Assembly: GCA_964609585.1 (NCBI GenBank)
Contig: CAZSRA010000001.1
Location: 45,816-109,815 of the forward strand
Origin: an uncultured Candidatus Saccharimonadales bacterium
GTDB lineage: Bacteria > Patescibacteriota > Saccharimonadia > UBA4664
Direction: 5' to 3'
DNA: 64,000 bases
The notes below the pieces were generated by a model. The model was not told the DNA's origin. It made no database searches and worked only from the letters and a program-made list of their open reading frames with translations. Of the stretch, positions 34,736 through 45,241 are shown in pieces; the stretch's first letter is position 1, and each line of letters starts with the position of its first letter. The position numbers and the translations under genes are program-made.

Positions 34736-37039
34736 ATGCTTATCCGGCTAAAAAAGTTGGTAGCTTTGTGGGCGGTTATCGTTATTGTGGCCGTGGGTTT
34801 GCCTGCTCCGGCGGCCAGAGCGAGTTTGTCGAGCTGTACGGCCGATACGAGTCCGCGTGAGATGGCGCCCAATGCGACGATTGATGTTTCGTTTACGGTT
34901 CAAAATACCGATGTGAATCCTATCCGGTGGATGCGGGTGGTGGTGCCTTCGAGCGATTTTACTATCGTTAGTACGACGATTAGTGGCTGGAATGATGCGA
35001 CCTCGGGTGGATCGACTTCTACCTTTTTAACGGGTGGAACACTTAATCCTGGGGACACGCTTAATTTTACGATTTCGACCCAGGCAGCAAATACCAATGA
35101 TTCACCGGCAAACTGGGTGTATTATGCGTCGGATGATGCGGGTGGTAATAACTCTATTAACTGTACGGGCACGCAAGATTTGGCCATTGTGGGCGATGTT
35201 GTGCAGCCACTGGCGGTATCAAATGTGCAGCTTTCGGGGCTGACGGCGACCTCGGTACTTGTGACCTGGGATACGAATGCACCAGCGACTTCGCAGGTAG
35301 ACTATGGGCTAGACGAGACCTATGGTACGACGAAGGGTCCGGACGCCGGCTTGGTGACGCAGCATAGAATGACGCTTTCAGGGCTGACGGCGAACACGGG
35401 CTATCATTATATGGTAACAAGTACGCGACCGTCAGATTCGAGCACGTCTAGTTCGCCGGATGGGACTTTTTTGACGGCAGCGATTGTGCCGCCGGTGATT
35501 GTACAGGTGCCGGTGGCGGGTGGCGGCGGGAGTAGTGGTGGGCTAACGGGTGCAAATGTGCCGGGGGCAGTGGTGCAGACTACCCCGACCGAGAGTGTGC
35601 CTCCGACGGTAAGTCTTACGACCGATATGACGAGGCCGTTTAAGGTGGTGCCGAAACTTGCCGGAGTGGCGGCTGATAATGTGGCGGTGGCGCGGGTGGA
35701 TTATTCGACCGATGGGGGAAAGAATTGGTTGCCGGTTGATAGTGTGGTGCAGGCTACGACGACTACAACAACTGGTACCGGCAAAAAGAAAAAGTCGGTG
35801 ACGACGACCAGCCCAGCGAATGTGAGTTTTTCGTTTACGCCGGTGATTTTGGATGATGGCAATTATACCGTAATGGCGCGCGCGACGGATTCGAGCGGGA
35901 ACGTGTCGGTGACACCGGGCGCGGTACTGGTGCTCGATCAATTGCCGCCGCGATTTGGGACGAGCGTGGTGACGATTGGGCCACAAATGATTGAGCCGGG
36001 CGCAGATGGCAAACTGATAGTGCCGGCTGGGCTCGATTATAAGATGACAGTGAGTTTGGTGGGCGGTCCGACCAAGGTAACGGTTCACGCTCAGGTGGGG
36101 ACGGAGATGGGTCATAGTTTTAGCTTGACTCCATCATCGGAGCCAGGATTATGGGTGGGGATCTTGAGTTTTAGTGCTGCGGGGACCTACCAGCTTACGG
36201 GTGAGGCCGTGGATGGGGCGGGGAATACGGGCACGCGGATGCTGGCGACGGTAACAGCTGTACCGGCACTAAAGATTACTGGGGGCGCTGGCGCTTTAAA
36301 AGGGACGAAGGCTACGTTGTACAACTTTAGTGCCGAGTCGCATGCGTGGCAGGTGTGGGACGCGGCAGCATATGGCCAGCATAACCCACAGAATTTGAAT
36401 TCGCAGGGGGCTTTGAGCCTGCTGGTTCCTTCCGGCGAGTATTATTTGAAGCTAGAGTCGGCGGGGGGACCAGATACGCTGACGCGCAGTTTTACCGTGG
36501 ACACGCCGACGCCGCTCACGGGAGCGATTGCGCTTTCGAATAGCGCGGGTTTTAAGCTTGGGCCGTTGTCGGTATTTTGGCCCTGGACGACACTGGCTGC
36601 TCCGCCAGTGAAGGCGAGTAGTGCCGCGAGTGGGCTTGTAGAAAACGCGCGGTTGCCGCTGGTGAAGTTGCCAACCACGGATGGGCAGTTGATATCGCCG
36701 GTGGATTGGTACGGCAAGCCAACGGTACTGGCGGCGGTAGCCACTTGGGCGCCGACAACGGCCGAGCAATTGCCGGCACTGGCAAAGCTTTCGGCTAATA
36801 GTGATGTGAATGTGGTGATACTGGCCGAACAGCAGCGGGCAGAGACGGTGGCGGCCTATTTGCAGGTAGCGGACAGTACGCTTTCGGCGGTATGTGATCC
36901 GGACGGTTTGCTTAGTGGTACTTTGACTACGCCGGGTGTTCCGGCGCTGTATTTCATTGACCGGCACGGTATAATTAAAAAGGTTATGGTTGGGACGAGG
37001 TCGGCTGAAGAGATTTTGGCTGAGCTTAGTTTGCTTTAA
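34736..37039 (+). CDS. Secreted multi-domain protein (767 aa), paralog of 11529..13838. Order: Ig-like, FN3, Ig-like, Cna-B-like, Cys-less TlpA-like C-terminus.
   Basis: It has the same architecture as the first copy. The C-terminus is 'GKPTVLAAVATWAPTTAEQLPALAKL...ALYFIDRHGIIKKVMVGTRSAEEILAELSLL'. The 'ATWAPTTAEQLPALA' stretch is identical to the paralog. The FN3-like motif is 'TSQVDYGLDETYGTT...GYHYMV'. Confidence 0.75.
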   Translation: MLIRLKKLVALWAVIVIVAVGLPAPAARASLSSCTADTSPREMAPNATIDVSFTVQNTDVNPIRWMRVVVPSSDFTIVSTTISGWNDATSGGSTSTFLTGGTLNPGDTLNFTISTQAANTNDSPANWVYYASDDAGGNNSINCTGTQDLAIVGDVVQPLAVSNVQLSGLTATSVLVTWDTNAPATSQVDYGLDETYGTTKGPDAGLVTQHRMTLSGLTANTGYHYMVTSTRPSDSSTSSSPDGTFLTAAIVPPVIVQVPVAGGGGSSGGLTGANVPGAVVQTTPTESVPPTVSLTTDMTRPFKVVPKLAGVAADNVAVARVDYSTDGGKNWLPVDSVVQATTTTTTGTGKKKKSVTTTSPANVSFSFTPVILDDGNYTVMARATDSSGNVSVTPGAVLVLDQLPPRFGTSVVTIGPQMIEPGADGKLIVPAGLDYKMTVSLVGGPTKVTVHAQVGTEMGHSFSLTPSSEPGLWVGILSFSAAGTYQLTGEAVDGAGNTGTRMLATVTAVPALKITGGAGALKGTKATLYNFSAESHAWQVWDAAAYGQHNPQNLNSQGALSLLVPSGEYYLKLESAGGPDTLTRSFTVDTPTPLTGAIALSNSAGFKLGPLSVFWPWTTLAAPPVKASSAASGLVENARLPLVKLPTTDGQLISPVDWYGKPTVLAAVATWAPTTAEQLPALAKLSANSDVNVVILAEQQRAETVAAYLQVADSTLSAVCDPDGLLSGTLTTPGVPALYFIDRHGIIKKVMVGTRSAEEILAELSLL

Positions 37040-37055
37040 TGGATAGCGGCACCTA

Positions 37056-38804
37056 ATGTTACCTCTCGAATTTATCTTAACGGACGCGCATTTTGCCATC
37101 GGAATGTTGGCGGCTTTGGCGTGTTTTGCGACGTTTTGGTTGTATTTTGACGCTTGGACGGGAGACCGTGAGTGGAAAGAGTTTTTGAAATGGTTGGGAT
37201 ATGTGGTGCTGGCGCTTGGACTCATGCTGACGGCCACAGAAGTAGAGCCGGCTTTCTTGGGCCAAACAGGATTTGGGGAACTCGGATGGTTGGGCCTAGT
37301 ACTTAGGGGTGTAGGATATGCGGTTCTGGCCGTGGGGTTGGTGCTCGACCCGTTGCAGCCAGTGCCACAACATCCGCCAGAGGAGTCGATTGTGCCGACT
37401 ACTGGGGAACCTCTGGTGCCGGAGAAAAAGCATTGGTGGCAGCGTCGAAAGAAACCCAAAATGCAGCCACAACCACCACAACCTGCGCCAGCGCCGGTAC
37501 CAGCGACGGTGTCTGCGCCGGTGTCGCCGGAACCACCGCAACAACCATCGCAGTTTTCGGCGGGTTATGTGGTTACCTTCGGGAGTTTCAGGCTGGTAAT
37601 ACCGGTGTTGTCAGCTACGGTATGGTTTTTGTATTGGCGCCGGGCAAACAAAGGGTTAGAACGGCACTTAAAGCCGGTAATGTGGGCTTTTGCGTGGTTT
37701 ACGGCGTTTGAACTTGTGGATTTGTCGGCTTTGGCGCGGGGGACCGATGATCCCCGGCTGTACGGGATTGTGGCGCCGTTTGGGCCGTTGTGGATAGGCG
37801 AGCACATTCTTCTGGCAGTAGCGGCTGTGCTGCTGGGGGGATGGGTGTGGCAGTATTTGACGAAGCGGCTGCAGACGCAGTTGTTTATTGTTTTGACGAC
37901 AGCCTGCCTAGTGATCTTTTTGGTGACGACGGTGAGCTTCACGTTTCTTTTGATGGCTCGGGTGCAGGATCAGGCGTTCGGATCGCTTAATACTACGGCC
38001 AAAGTGCTCAACACGGCGATTGCAGGACAGCAGGCCCAAACCACGGCGGCGGCTCAGGTGGTGGCCGGGAGCTCTGCGGTGGCCGAGGCGGTGGCTGCTC
38101 GGGATCATGTGAAACTGGCGGCACTTGAAAGTACGTTTCTTTCGAGCCAGCATCAGTCGTCGCTGTTGATTACCAGTGATACGGCGCAGGTCCTTTTGCG
38201 AGCAGATGATCCCGCGCGATGGGGGGATTCGGTGTCGAGTGATTCGCTGGTAGTGCGAGCGCTGGTGGGCAAGACGAGTCACGGTTTGTCGGCGGAAGCA
38301 GGAGCTTTGACGCCGAGGTTGGTGATGCGTTCTTCGGCGCCAATTCGCAACGCGGCGGGGTTGATCGTTGGCACAGCGACGGTTGGGTTTACGGTCGATA
38401 GTGCCTTTGTGGATGGATTGAAGCAGAGTACGGGTCTGTCGGCGTCGATTTATAGCGGCTCGGTGCGGGTGGCGACAACGTTGGTCGCGGCAGACGGGCG
38501 GTCGCGGCTCGTGGGGGTGAAGGAGTCGAACGGGGCGATTACGGACTCGGTCTTGACCCATGGTAAAACCTGGAGTGGACTGATTTCTTCGGGCGGGCAA
38601 TCGTATTTGGCGGTGTACGCAGCGCTTAAGGATGCGGATAATGCGCCGGTTGGGATGTTGTTCATTGGCGAGCCGCAGGTGCTGCTTTTGCAGGCGGCGG
38701 GACGATCGATTGAGCTGACGTTTTTGATAGCGGTGGGGCTGTTGATACTTTCGATTGTGCCGATTCATCTCATTTCGAAATCGCTGGCGAGTCAGCTGCA
38801 TTAA
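37056..38804 (+). CDS. Polytopic membrane protein with an extracytoplasmic Cache-like domain and no output domain (582 aa). It is a paralog of 14566..16152 and lies 16 nt downstream of the FN3/TlpA-like gene.
   Basis: The conserved RGLERHLKP and FGPLWIGEH motifs are present. There is a Pro/Gln-rich linker. The sensor domain ends '...YLAVYAALKDADNAPVGMLFIGEPQ' and is followed by the terminal TM helix ELTFLIAVGLLILSIVPIHLI. Confidence 0.65.
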   Translation: MLPLEFILTDAHFAIGMLAALACFATFWLYFDAWTGDREWKEFLKWLGYVVLALGLMLTATEVEPAFLGQTGFGELGWLGLVLRGVGYAVLAVGLVLDPLQPVPQHPPEESIVPTTGEPLVPEKKHWWQRRKKPKMQPQPPQPAPAPVPATVSAPVSPEPPQQPSQFSAGYVVTFGSFRLVIPVLSATVWFLYWRRANKGLERHLKPVMWAFAWFTAFELVDLSALARGTDDPRLYGIVAPFGPLWIGEHILLAVAAVLLGGWVWQYLTKRLQTQLFIVLTTACLVIFLVTTVSFTFLLMARVQDQAFGSLNTTAKVLNTAIAGQQAQTTAAAQVVAGSSAVAEAVAARDHVKLAALESTFLSSQHQSSLLITSDTAQVLLRADDPARWGDSVSSDSLVVRALVGKTSHGLSAEAGALTPRLVMRSSAPIRNAAGLIVGTATVGFTVDSAFVDGLKQSTGLSASIYSGSVRVATTLVAADGRSRLVGVKESNGAITDSVLTHGKTWSGLISSGGQSYLAVYAALKDADNAPVGMLFIGEPQVLLLQAAGRSIELTFLIAVGLLILSIVPIHLISKSLASQLH

Positions 38805-38909
38805 TTTCCCCTGTTTTTGATTAAAAATGGGCTCGCAGTCTGGAAAAATCCATGCCTGTGAGCCCCAAATTATGATAAGATATAAGCGTTAGTATTTTGG
38901 TGTGAGGTA

Positions 38910-41873
38910 GTGATTTTTAGGCCGATCCTTAGCCTAAGACGGTTCGCATTATTCTCACGTATCTCCCTGACCAGTATTTTGGTGGGGCTTGTTTCGGTTG
39001 GACTAACAGGCCTGAACATCCGGCCCGTTCAAGCGGCTCCAAGTCCTGGCATTAACAGCCAGATTAATTTTCAGGGTCGATTACTCAATGCTGCGGGCGC
39101 CGTGATTGCCGACGGCAATTACAACATGCAGTTTAAAATCTACAAAAATGGCGATGGTCTAGCGGCTACGGACAATACTTGTACGATCGCTGATTGTGCT
39201 TCCACGACTGGTACCCTGCAGTGGACAGAAGAATGGCTCAACCAGGCAAGCCACGGGGTAACGGTGAAGAATGGTTATTTCTCGGTATCGCTTGGTGCCA
39301 TTACGAGTCTTGCAGGTATCGACCTGAACCAGCCAGTGCTGTGGCTATCCATGAACGTAGCCGGGGGTGCGAATGCAACCTCGGTAAGCTGTACACCGTT
39401 CTCAAGCTGTACGGGTGATGGCGAAATGCTCCCGATGAAGCGCATGGCAAGTGCAGTGTATGCGTTTAATGCGGGGCAGTTGGGGGGACTTACGTCGGCT
39501 GGTTTTATTCAAAACCAGGCTGCGAGCCCGCAGGCTGCGAGTCTTTACATTCAAAGTGTTAATAATGGTGATATTACCGGGGCCGTGCGGGCTAAATCCG
39601 GCCAAACAGCGGATGTTTTTGAGGTGCAGGCTAGTGGCGGTGGGGCGCTGTTTAAAGTGTCGTCTAATACCAATTTGAGTACTTTTACCGATAACCTACT
39701 AGTAAATGGCCAGGATCTTTCGCCGGCGGCTCTTACGGTGAAAGGCGCTGGTAATAGTGGGGGTAACTACATCATTGAAGCACAGCTCAATAACGGCAAT
39801 TCGGTGGCACGCATTACCGACAATGGCGAACTGGCTGTAGGTAATACTAGTGGGCTTGCCGGTACGCTTTTGCTTTCGGATGGTGGAAGTCATTATGGGC
39901 TTCTTAAAACGGCGACATTGGGATCAACTACGACCTACACTTTGCCTGACCCAGGTTCGAGTTCAGCCTCTATCTGTTTGAGTAGTGGCAATTGCACGGC
40001 GGCGACAACGCTACAGAATTCCTATAATAGCTCGACGAGTCCCGAGATTGTGCTCAACAGTACGAATGGTGCTCTAACGGTGCGTGATAGTTCCGGGGGT
40101 CTCGGTGCTAATTTGCTAGAGGTGCAAAATAACGCTGGCACTACTACTTATTTTGCGGTTGCGCCGGGGACGGGTACGGTTGGGACATTTACGGGGAATG
40201 TGGCCGTAAATGGCACGGGATCGAGCAGCAATACGGCTCTGGTCGTGAAAGGGAACGCTTCTCAGAGTGGTACCGATCTCATTACGGACATTCAGACAAG
40301 TGGTGGCACGACGCTGGCGCGTTTTACGGCGAATGGCGGTCTGTACCTGGGCAATCAGAGTAGCAGTATTGCGGGTAGTGTTAACTTAGCTCAGGGTAGT
40401 AATGGTTACGGTACGATCGACGCCACGAGTCTTACGGGCAATCGTACAGCGCATTTGCCGGATGCGACTGGGACAATTTGTTTGCAAACGGCTACAAGTT
40501 GCGGATTCATTAATAACCAGCTGGCTTCTGTTCAGAATGCCAATCTCTATGTAGCGAGTGCCGGAGCCGCCGGTGATCCAACGGCTCAACTTCAGCTTGC
40601 AAGTGGGCAGACCGGTGATCTGCTTCAATTCCGAAACGCTAGCGCTACACTTGTTACTAAATTTGATGCGTGGGGGTACGTTGTTGGGGCGGGTCTTCTA
40701 AGGGTGCTTGCGGTAGGCAAGGGTACGCTAGGGCTTGACACCGTGGGGGCCGGGACAGTGAGCATTGGTAATGCCAATGCCGCGACCATAAATATTGGTG
40801 CAAATGCGGCTGTTCATACCCTTCATGTAGCTGATGGCGCGGCGGTGCAGACGGTGACGATTGGGAGTACCAATAGTTCGAGTGGGCTTACACTCCAAGC
40901 TGGTTCTGGTAATGCCGCCGTAACCGCTGCGAGCGGGACTATTACCCTGCAGACGACAACTTCGGGGCAGATTAACATTATTCCCGGGGGTACGAGCAAT
41001 GTGGTGATCGGGACTTCGGACACTACTGGTACGTTGTTGGTGCTCGATACGAAGACAGATTCGGGCGATCCTACCGGGACTAATGGAGGTATGTATTATA
41101 ACTCAACTTATCATATGTTCCGTTGTTATCGTGACTCTGCGTGGGAGACCTGTGGTGTCAATCCTATTGATCGCGGTTTCTTGCTGGAGGATGACTTCAT
41201 TGGCGGAAGCTCGGGTGGCGGAACCATAGGTAATGCAGGATGGACAGCCAAGACGATTGGCGCGACCCCTCCAACGATAGGCTATAACCCTACTACGCCG
41301 GCGGTTACGGTTGATAGGCCGGGTATTTTGGATATTACGACAGCTGCAGCAACTGGCAACGGTGGCACTATAGCCACAGTACCCACGTCAAGCAATCCTG
41401 GTTTCGTTTTGGGAGCAGGCTATATTTTGAAAACAACCGCTGCCGTTGCGAGCGCCACCGCTACTACTCAAACGTTGCGCATTGGGCTGCATAACGAATA
41501 CGGCAGCACTACCGCTCCGACGACTGGTGTTTATTGGGAGGCTGATCCATCGACAAATACCGCTTGCGCTGGTAGTACTCCGTGTTGGCGGTATTGCTAC
41601 AACAACACAAGTACGCCAACTTGTGCTAATAGCGGTACGTCTATTGTTGCTAATACCTTTGCGCGCTTGGCTATTCAAATAAATTCGCTAGGTTCCGGTA
41701 CGTCATCTGTGACATTTACGATAAATGGCACATCTACTACGGTTCCAAGTGTTACGATCAATACAACGAATACGGTGAATCCTGCAATAACATGTTATTC
41801 GAACACGACTACTGCACAAGACTGTTTTGTTGATTACTTCCAGCTAAGAGGAGTGGCAACTGGAATAAGATAA
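38910..41873 (+). CDS. Large surface protein (987 aa). It has the N-terminal domain shared with the 2452-aa giant, beta-helix-like repeats and a C-terminal ConA-like domain. The start codon is GTG.
   Basis: The N-terminus 'MIFRPILSLRRFALFSRISLTSILVGLVSVGLTGLN' parallels 'MIF...IGLGLVSVGIAGLN' of the giant. The region 'INFQGRLLNAAGAVIADGNYNMQFKIY...SCTPFSSC...MLPMKRMASAVYAFNAGQLGGL' is ~55% identical by eye over ~170 aa. Confidence 0.75.
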   Translation: MIFRPILSLRRFALFSRISLTSILVGLVSVGLTGLNIRPVQAAPSPGINSQINFQGRLLNAAGAVIADGNYNMQFKIYKNGDGLAATDNTCTIADCASTTGTLQWTEEWLNQASHGVTVKNGYFSVSLGAITSLAGIDLNQPVLWLSMNVAGGANATSVSCTPFSSCTGDGEMLPMKRMASAVYAFNAGQLGGLTSAGFIQNQAASPQAASLYIQSVNNGDITGAVRAKSGQTADVFEVQASGGGALFKVSSNTNLSTFTDNLLVNGQDLSPAALTVKGAGNSGGNYIIEAQLNNGNSVARITDNGELAVGNTSGLAGTLLLSDGGSHYGLLKTATLGSTTTYTLPDPGSSSASICLSSGNCTAATTLQNSYNSSTSPEIVLNSTNGALTVRDSSGGLGANLLEVQNNAGTTTYFAVAPGTGTVGTFTGNVAVNGTGSSSNTALVVKGNASQSGTDLITDIQTSGGTTLARFTANGGLYLGNQSSSIAGSVNLAQGSNGYGTIDATSLTGNRTAHLPDATGTICLQTATSCGFINNQLASVQNANLYVASAGAAGDPTAQLQLASGQTGDLLQFRNASATLVTKFDAWGYVVGAGLLRVLAVGKGTLGLDTVGAGTVSIGNANAATINIGANAAVHTLHVADGAAVQTVTIGSTNSSSGLTLQAGSGNAAVTAASGTITLQTTTSGQINIIPGGTSNVVIGTSDTTGTLLVLDTKTDSGDPTGTNGGMYYNSTYHMFRCYRDSAWETCGVNPIDRGFLLEDDFIGGSSGGGTIGNAGWTAKTIGATPPTIGYNPTTPAVTVDRPGILDITTAAATGNGGTIATVPTSSNPGFVLGAGYILKTTAAVASATATTQTLRIGLHNEYGSTTAPTTGVYWEADPSTNTACAGSTPCWRYCYNNTSTPTCANSGTSIVANTFARLAIQINSLGSGTSSVTFTINGTSTTVPSVTINTTNTVNPAITCYSNTTTAQDCFVDYFQLRGVATGIR

Positions 41874-41884
41874 TGGAGGCCCGA

Positions 41885-42388
41885 TTATTTGGCAGAAGCA
41901 AGACTATCGGCGAGCTGCTCGACGGCGCTGCTCGGGATGTGGTCTTGGGAGTTCAGGAGAATTAGCGATTTATTGGTGACGATCGCGACAGTAACGCGGG
42001 TGTCGTATTCTACGAGGTAGCCGCGGCCGATAGGGGTGGCGATTTCGCGGGTGGCATTGAATGAGCTGATGTCGAGCTTGGGATCGAGGGGTTGGATACT
42101 GACTGAGACGGGATTACTTCCTTGGTAATTGTAGGCGTATGTTAGTACTTGCGAGGTCGAGCTAATGGAGGCGCGATCGAGGGTGAAGCCTATGGGTGGG
42201 TGTCTGGGGAAAAATACGGGAAAGGTGAGGTTTTCGTAGGCGGTTTTGGGGAGGCCGGCTAGAGTGGTGTACTCGCGAATGTAAAATATGGCGGCAACGG
42301 CTAGGGTCATTGAGAGTAGAATGCCTGCGAGAATAGTTATGAGCTGGCGGCGCGTAAGACCACTAAATTTGATGGTGAGTTCTGACAT
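41885..42388 (-). CDS. Small membrane-anchored protein (167 aa) of unknown function.
   Basis: TM helix LITILAGILLSMTLAVAAIFYI followed by an extracytoplasmic domain. Confidence 0.5.
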   Translation of the reverse strand: MSELTIKFSGLTRRQLITILAGILLSMTLAVAAIFYIREYTTLAGLPKTAYENLTFPVFFPRHPPIGFTLDRASISSTSQVLTYAYNYQGSNPVSVSIQPLDPKLDISSFNATREIATPIGRGYLVEYDTRVTVAIVTNKSLILLNSQDHIPSSAVEQLADSLASAK

Positions 42389-42479
42389 ATATTTAATGTA
42401 GCATGGTGCTCGTGGTATTCAGGGAGAAATGCTTTTGCTATACTGCTACATAGTTATCATGGGTGTGTGAAGAGACTTT

Positions 42480-43250
42480 ATGGCTAAAGTTATTGCGATT
42501 GCCAATCAAAAAGGTGGCGTGGGAAAGACAACTACCACGATTAATCTCGGTGCGTATCTTGCGGCCGGGAAAAAGCGCGTGTTGATTGTGGACCTTGATC
42601 CGCAGGGCAATACTTCGAGCGGTCTTGGGATTACGGCTGATAAGCTGAGCGGTGATTTGTACGATGTGCTCATGGACGATGTGGCGGCGGCGGCAGTGGC
42701 ACGGGAGACAGCGGTGGATGGTCTGCATGTGCTGCCGGCGAGCCCGGTGCTGGCGGCAGCGGAGGTGGAGTTGGTGGCGGCAAGCCAGCGCGAGTTTAAG
42801 CTACGTAAAGCGCTTGAGGGTTTGGATTATGATTATGTACTGATTGATTGTCCGCCGAGCCTGGGGATTTTAACGGTGAACGGGCTGGTGGCGGCGCAGG
42901 AGCTGATTATTCCGGTGCAGGCCGAATTTTACGCGATGGAAGGTTTGGGGCAATTGGTGCAGACAGTGCAACGGGTGCGCAAGGGGCTGAACCCAGGTTT
43001 GCGGCTGATGGGGGTGCTCGTGACGATGCACAACGGGCGGACGAGTTTGAGTGCGCAGGTGCACGAAGAGGTAAAGCGGCATTTTCCGGATACGGTGTTT
43101 GAGACGGTGATCCCGCGGAATGTGCGACTGGCTGAAGCGCCGAGTTTTGGCAAAAGTATTATGCATTATGATGGATGGAGTAAGGGCGCGCGAAGCTACA
43201 AGGCGCTGGCAAAGGAAGTAGAAAAAAGATCAGGAGCAAAGAAGAAATGA
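42480..43250 (+). CDS. parA: ParA/Soj chromosome-partitioning ATPase.
   Basis: Deviant Walker A '[18 protein letters not shown]', 256 aa. Its stop overlaps the parB start. Confidence 0.9.
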   Translation: MAKVIAIANQKGGVGKTTTTINLGAYLAAGKKRVLIVDLDPQGNTSSGLGITADKLSGDLYDVLMDDVAAAAVARETAVDGLHVLPASPVLAAAEVELVAASQREFKLRKALEGLDYDYVLIDCPPSLGILTVNGLVAAQELIIPVQAEFYAMEGLGQLVQTVQRVRKGLNPGLRLMGVLVTMHNGRTSLSAQVHEEVKRHFPDTVFETVIPRNVRLAEAPSFGKSIMHYDGWSKGARSYKALAKEVEKRSGAKKK

Positions 43251-44176
43251 GCGAAAAGGTGGAACGCAGACGGGGTTTGGGACGAGGGTTTGACGCGCTC
43301 ATTCCGACTCAGGTAGTGGAAGACGAGTTTGATGTGACGGCGCCCGTGGATGCCGAGGGGCACCGGACTTCAGCGGATTTGGTGCGGGAAGTGGATCCGA
43401 TGCTCGTGGATCCGAACCCACATCAGCCGCGCCAGAATTTTGAAGCCAAGGCGCTTGAAGCATTGGCCGCGAGTATTCGGGTGCATGGGATTTTGCAGCC
43501 GCTGGTGGTAACGAGGGCTGGAGAGCGGTACGAGCTGATTGCGGGTGAACGACGACTGCGGGCGGCGAAACTGGCGAGCCTAGACGTAGTGCCGGTGATT
43601 GTGCGCAGCTTCGATGAACAGCAGAAGCTGGAGCTGGCACTCATTGAGAACTTGCAACGCGCAGAGCTCAATCCGATTGAGACGGCGACGGCGTACCGGA
43701 AATTGCTGGATCAGTTTAACTTGAAGCTGGAAGAGCTGGGCGCGCGGATTGGCAAAGATGTGTCGACGATTTCAAACACGACGCGGCTTTTGAATTTGCC
43801 GCATGAAGCGAAGCGAGCGTTGATTGAAGGGCGGATTACTGAGGGGCACGCGCGGGTGCTGCTTTCGGTGGTGGAGCAGGACAAGCAGATCGAGGAAGAG
43901 AAGCGCTTGGAACTTTTGGCCTTGATTGAGCGTCATAATTGGACTGTGCGGCAGACGGAGGAGTTTGCGCGTGGATATAAGGGCAAGACGGGTACGAAAG
44001 AGAAGGCGGCGGCCCGGATTGCGGCAGTGAATCAGCTGACGATGGACCTCGGTGATTATTTGGGGGCGAAGGTAACCCAGTTTCGGACGGCGAAGGGCGG
44101 GAAGCTGGTGATTGAGTATTACTCGGAAGAAGAGTTGGAACGGATTTATAAGGCGATTCGACGGGAAGTGGAATAG
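43247..44176 (+). CDS. parB: ParB/Spo0J partition protein.
   Basis: ParB-box '[11 protein letters not shown]' and HTH region '[21 protein letters not shown]'. Confidence 0.9.
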   Translation: MSEKVERRRGLGRGFDALIPTQVVEDEFDVTAPVDAEGHRTSADLVREVDPMLVDPNPHQPRQNFEAKALEALAASIRVHGILQPLVVTRAGERYELIAGERRLRAAKLASLDVVPVIVRSFDEQQKLELALIENLQRAELNPIETATAYRKLLDQFNLKLEELGARIGKDVSTISNTTRLLNLPHEAKRALIEGRITEGHARVLLSVVEQDKQIEEEKRLELLALIERHNWTVRQTEEFARGYKGKTGTKEKAAARIAAVNQLTMDLGDYLGAKVTQFRTAKGGKLVIEYYSEEELERIYKAIRREVE

Positions 44177-44301
44177 GGTTTTGCTTGTAAGGGGAGGGGG
44201 TTTGTGCGGGTTTGTGGTGTGGTTTTTTCGAGAGTTTTCTGACAGGTGTGGATGTATTCAGCGTTATACCCCTCATGAAAATGGCTTTGTAGAGACATTT
44301 A

Positions 44302-44330
44302 CTTTGGCTTAAGAAAGCCAAAAGTTTGTT
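44302..44330. terminator. Hairpin followed by a T-tract between convergent parB and lepB.
   Basis: Stem ctttggctt, loop aagaa, stem aagccaaag, then tttgtt. Confidence 0.4.
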
Positions 44331-44404
44331 CGGTATATAACGTTGTTATACATCTGGGTATTCGAGGTTGACGAACGCCAACGAAGGGGTGACCCGGAAC
44401 GGCG

Positions 44405-45166
44405 CTAGAGAACCTTGACCTGGTCGAGGGGCAGGAGGCGCAGGACGGCATCGCCGATGATGTCGGCCGAAGGGACTTCGCCCCATTCGCGCGAGTCGTA
44501 GGAGCCGTTTGGTGTACGATTGTCGCCCATCACGAAAACATTGCCGGACTGAACGACTTCATCGGTGTCAATAAGGGTGACGGTGTCTTTGCTCTCGTAA
44601 TTTGTGTCGGGATTGAAGCCGTTTGGATGTTGGGGATTGTAGACGGTGACGGTGCCATTTTTGACCACGACACGATCGCCAGGAAGGCCAATAACTCGCT
44701 TCACGAAGACTCGAGAGGTGTCCTTGGGGAATTTAAAGACAATAATTTGGCCGCGGCTGGGGATATATTTTTTGTCCTGGCCTAGCGTGCGCTCGATGAG
44801 ACTTTGAGTGTAGCCAAGCTTTGAGATAATGAGGTAATCGGTGTCGTGGAGTGTGGAGACCATGCTCGTACCGACCACATGGTAGGCCTGGAAAACAAAG
44901 TTGTGGAGGATGAGTACTACGGCGATGGGAAAAATAACCCACGAAAATATAGCACCCAGGATTGTGGAGAAACCGCTCGCTATGGATGATAGTGCTGAGC
45001 TGGTGCTAGCTGTGGGTGCTTGGGCAACATCTTGGCTTAAGGCTGAGTTTTGCAATATTTTTGGAGTAGCTGCAGGGTCATTTGTGCCAGGAGTATTGGG
45101 GCTTGTGGGATTTGGGTTTTGGTTGTCCATTGGATATGAGTATAACTGGGTTTGACGGGTTGGCAC
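44405..45166 (-). CDS. lepB: Signal peptidase I (S26) with a ~70-aa Pro/Thr/Asn-rich N-terminal extension before the TM anchor.
   Basis: Box B 'GTSMVSTL', box D 'FVKRVIGLPGD', box E 'VMGDNRTPNGSYDSREWG'. Confidence 0.85.
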   Translation of the reverse strand: MPTRQTQLYSYPMDNQNPNPTSPNTPGTNDPAATPKILQNSALSQDVAQAPTASTSSALSSIASGFSTILGAIFSWVIFPIAVVLILHNFVFQAYHVVGTSMVSTLHDTDYLIISKLGYTQSLIERTLGQDKKYIPSRGQIIVFKFPKDTSRVFVKRVIGLPGDRVVVKNGTVTVYNPQHPNGFNPDTNYESKDTVTLIDTDEVVQSGNVFVMGDNRTPNGSYDSREWGEVPSADIIGDAVLRLLPLDQVKVL

Positions 45167-45241
45167 AAGTGCAGCTTAATCATGTGCGGTAAGTGTTCTG
45201 TGCTTGTGGGGTGTGGGTGATATTGGTTATACTTAGTCGCA

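Noticed and set aside
42652-43166. Overlapping ORFs on both strands within parA (42652..42843 plus, 42848..43102 plus, 42870..43166 minus).
   Set aside because: They lie in alternative frames of a well-supported parA gene and are compositionally biased.
44177-44404. A 228-nt intergenic region between parB and lepB considered for a tRNA, small RNA or parS site.
   Set aside because: There is no cloverleaf and no recognisable ncRNA motif. Only a terminator-like hairpin at 44302-44330 and a short inverted repeat are present. No parS consensus was found.
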